NCBI GenBank assembly: GCA_051362555.1
Contig: CM120640.1
Coordinates: 1,240,001 to 1,304,000 of the forward strand
Direction of reading: 5' to 3'
Source of the DNA: Lingula anatina
Taxonomy: Eukaryota > Animalia > Brachiopoda
DNA: 64,000 bases
Shown in pieces: positions 61,749 to 64,000 of the stretch; position 1 is the stretch's first letter, and every line of letters starts with the position of its first letter. Under the pieces are notes generated by a model. That model had not been told where the DNA came from, did not search any database, and saw only the letters and a list, made by a program, of their open reading frames with translations. The translations under genes were made by a program, and so were the position numbers.

Positions 61749-62417
61749 CCTGTATCATTTTATCAAAGTGTTAACTCTAGACACCTGTATCATTTTATCA
61801 AAGTGTTAACTCCAGACACCTGTACCATTTTATCAAAGTATTAACTCTAGACACCTGTACCATTTTATCAAAGTGTTAACTCTAGACACCAGTATCATTT
61901 TATCAAGGTATTAACTCCAGACACCTGTATCATTTTATCAAAGTATTAACTCCAGACACCTGTATCATTTTATCAAAGTGTTAACTCTAGACACTTGTAT
62001 CATTTTATCAAAGTGTTAACTCTAGACACCTGTATCATTTTATCAAAGTGTTAACTCTAGACACCTGTACCATTTTATCAAAGTATTAACTCCAGACACC
62101 TGTATCATTTTATCAAGGTGTTAACTCTAGACACCTGTATCATTTTATCAAAGTGTTAACTCTAGACGCCTGTATCATTTTATCAAAGTGTAAACTTTAG
62201 ACGCCTGTATCATTTTATCAAAGTGTTAACTCTAGTCACCTGTATCATTTTATCACGGTGTTAACTCTAGACACCTGTATCATTTTATCAGGGTGTTAAC
62301 TCTAGACACCTGTACCATCTTATCAAAGTGTTAACTCTAGACACCTGTATCATTTTATCAAAGTGTTAACTCTAGACACCTGTATCATTTTATCAAGGTG
62401 TTAACTCTAGACACCTG
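61749..62417. repeat. 35-bp minisatellite, ~19 copies
   Basis: (ACACCTGTATCATTTTATCAAAGTGTTAACTCTAG)n with scattered variants. Confidence 0.97.
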
Positions 62418-64000
62418 AATGCTACAGTGTTTATAGCACCTGCAGTCTTCAGCGCCAGCACAAATTAAGCAGAAAAGTGGAAGTTCTGATAAAAAGATTC
62501 ATGATCTCTCATTTAAGCTTTCATTAGCACAATCTTTATGTTGATTATATTGCTTCACGTTGACTTGCTTTGTATTTTCAGCACAAATATTGGCACAAAA
62601 ATCAATGGGCAAGGGATTACGCCTGATCCAAAGTGGCATCCCATTGTTATTATTGACATACAAAGTAAAGCGACTGGTTGGATATGGAATTAAGAATGCA
62701 ATGCATGTAGTTTATTAGTTCAGTTCATTTCCTGACTTTATGAAGTTTTAATTGCATTCTTAGTGTTGTCTTAGACAGATAATATTGCCATAAAGCTTCC
62801 CATCAATTGCTCACCTGGATGTCACCTGCTTGCTACTGGGGACTCCTTGGGGATATTTCCTATAAAGTCTTATATATATATTTATATATATACTAGATAG
62901 GAATCCTATAGGACGTTGTCTAGAATTTCTTTTGAGTCCAGTAGAATTCCTACAAAGTACTATGGAGTCAAATACAAGTAAAGAAATAATTTTGGGACAA
63001 TTTTTTTATCACCCCCCCCCCCACATGTTTATGACATTTGAAACAAGATATTTTGTTATCTTAATAAACATATTGTGCTGCAAACAGTTTTGTAAATGAC
63101 TCAGATTTAAGATTTTGGTTATTTCTTTCATCTAGCAGCAAGTGTACCCGTACTTCACTTGCCTTCTTAAATACAGGAGGATGAAACTTGTTTTATCAAC
63201 ACTGTCCTCCTATATTATTAATAGCTCTTATTTTGTAGCAATTCTTACATTTTCTTAGGTGATTTTTATATGAAATTAGAGTAGAATACAGAAGTGTATC
63301 ATTGATTCCAATTCATTTTGCCTTGAGCCCACTTCAGTTAGTGGTCTGGATTAGGAATAGCATTCCCACTGCTTTGCTTTTTATTGATCTTCAGTTTTTC
63401 TATTCTGTCTTCCCATTCTATTTGCAGAGCTCCCCCACGAGACATCAATCCAATTTCCTCAGTTAGTCAGCTCCACAGTGGGGACCTTAGACTTCACTCT
63501 CTGCTGTAGAATTGTCTAGACAGCTAGCAGGACATGAGACACCAACACAAGACTTCAACTGGTTTGGGTCAAATGACATCACCAGACATGCACATTTGTA
63601 ATCAGTGATTTAGGAATCCTCTGCTCAGCAGGAGACCAGTCTCCCCCATATTGATTCTGCCTTGTTTAGTATACCCAGGGGAGTGAAGTATACCCAGGGG
63701 AATGGAGTCATGCACAGGGGAGGCACCACTGGGCAGAGACTCCATATGACAGTGACACCATATCACATATACACCATATCACAGAGACGTCATATATCAG
63801 TTTGTCTATTTGTCGTTTAGAACTTAACTAGTCCAAGTCGACGTTTGTTTCTGAAGACACCTACAATGAAATGGAATTAATGGAAATCATCCAAGACAGC
63901 TCAGAGTTGCCCAGCCTATTTCACAGTCAAGTGAGAATTCACAGGATTTAGAATAAAATGGGATCAGAAATAATGGCAGCTCAGGAAATGTGGGGCATCT

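Noticed and set aside
61749-62417. 35-bp repeat with a CRISPR-like unit length
   Set aside because: The units are head-to-tail with no unique spacers, so this is an ordinary minisatellite.
63420-64000. GC-richer stretch that might hold exons of a neighbouring gene
   Set aside because: I could not support any coherent open frame with splice sites or a recognisable motif.

Overview
This is an AT-rich, intron-containing metazoan genomic window; the repeat types suggest a marine invertebrate such as a mollusc, which is an inference. From left to right it holds: (1) the 5' exons of a giantin/GOLGB1-like coiled-coil gene (-), with a 5'-truncated Rex1/Babar-type LINE in an intron; (2) two MITEs, one retaining a RecQ-like helicase remnant and an 8-bp TSD; (3) a 4-exon secreted PAN/Apple + CASPR-type fibrinogen-like protein gene (+); (4) an 8-exon Aa_trans amino-acid transporter (-), whose introns hold a composite Helentron-like element (146-bp satellite, nested MITE, duplicated end) and a 9-copy amplification of an exon/donor junction; (5) a compact bidirectional promoter shared with IBA57 (+, 6 coding exons); (6) five co-oriented, essentially single-coding-exon ORFs of 340-557 aa at 35-54 kb; (7) GSKIP (+, 2 exons); and (8) a foldback MITE and several minisatellites. 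The main candidate for an undescribed system is the five-ORF cluster. The ORFs look unrelated at first, but they share an ungapped ~45-aa N-terminal helix motif and a ~40-aa C-terminal motif around a disordered, RPxS/T-rich linker. This points to an old tandem paralog family, possibly CCDC190/DUF4697-like and possibly ciliary. Exon boundaries were derived by hand from GT/AG signals and frame continuity; no database searches were run.
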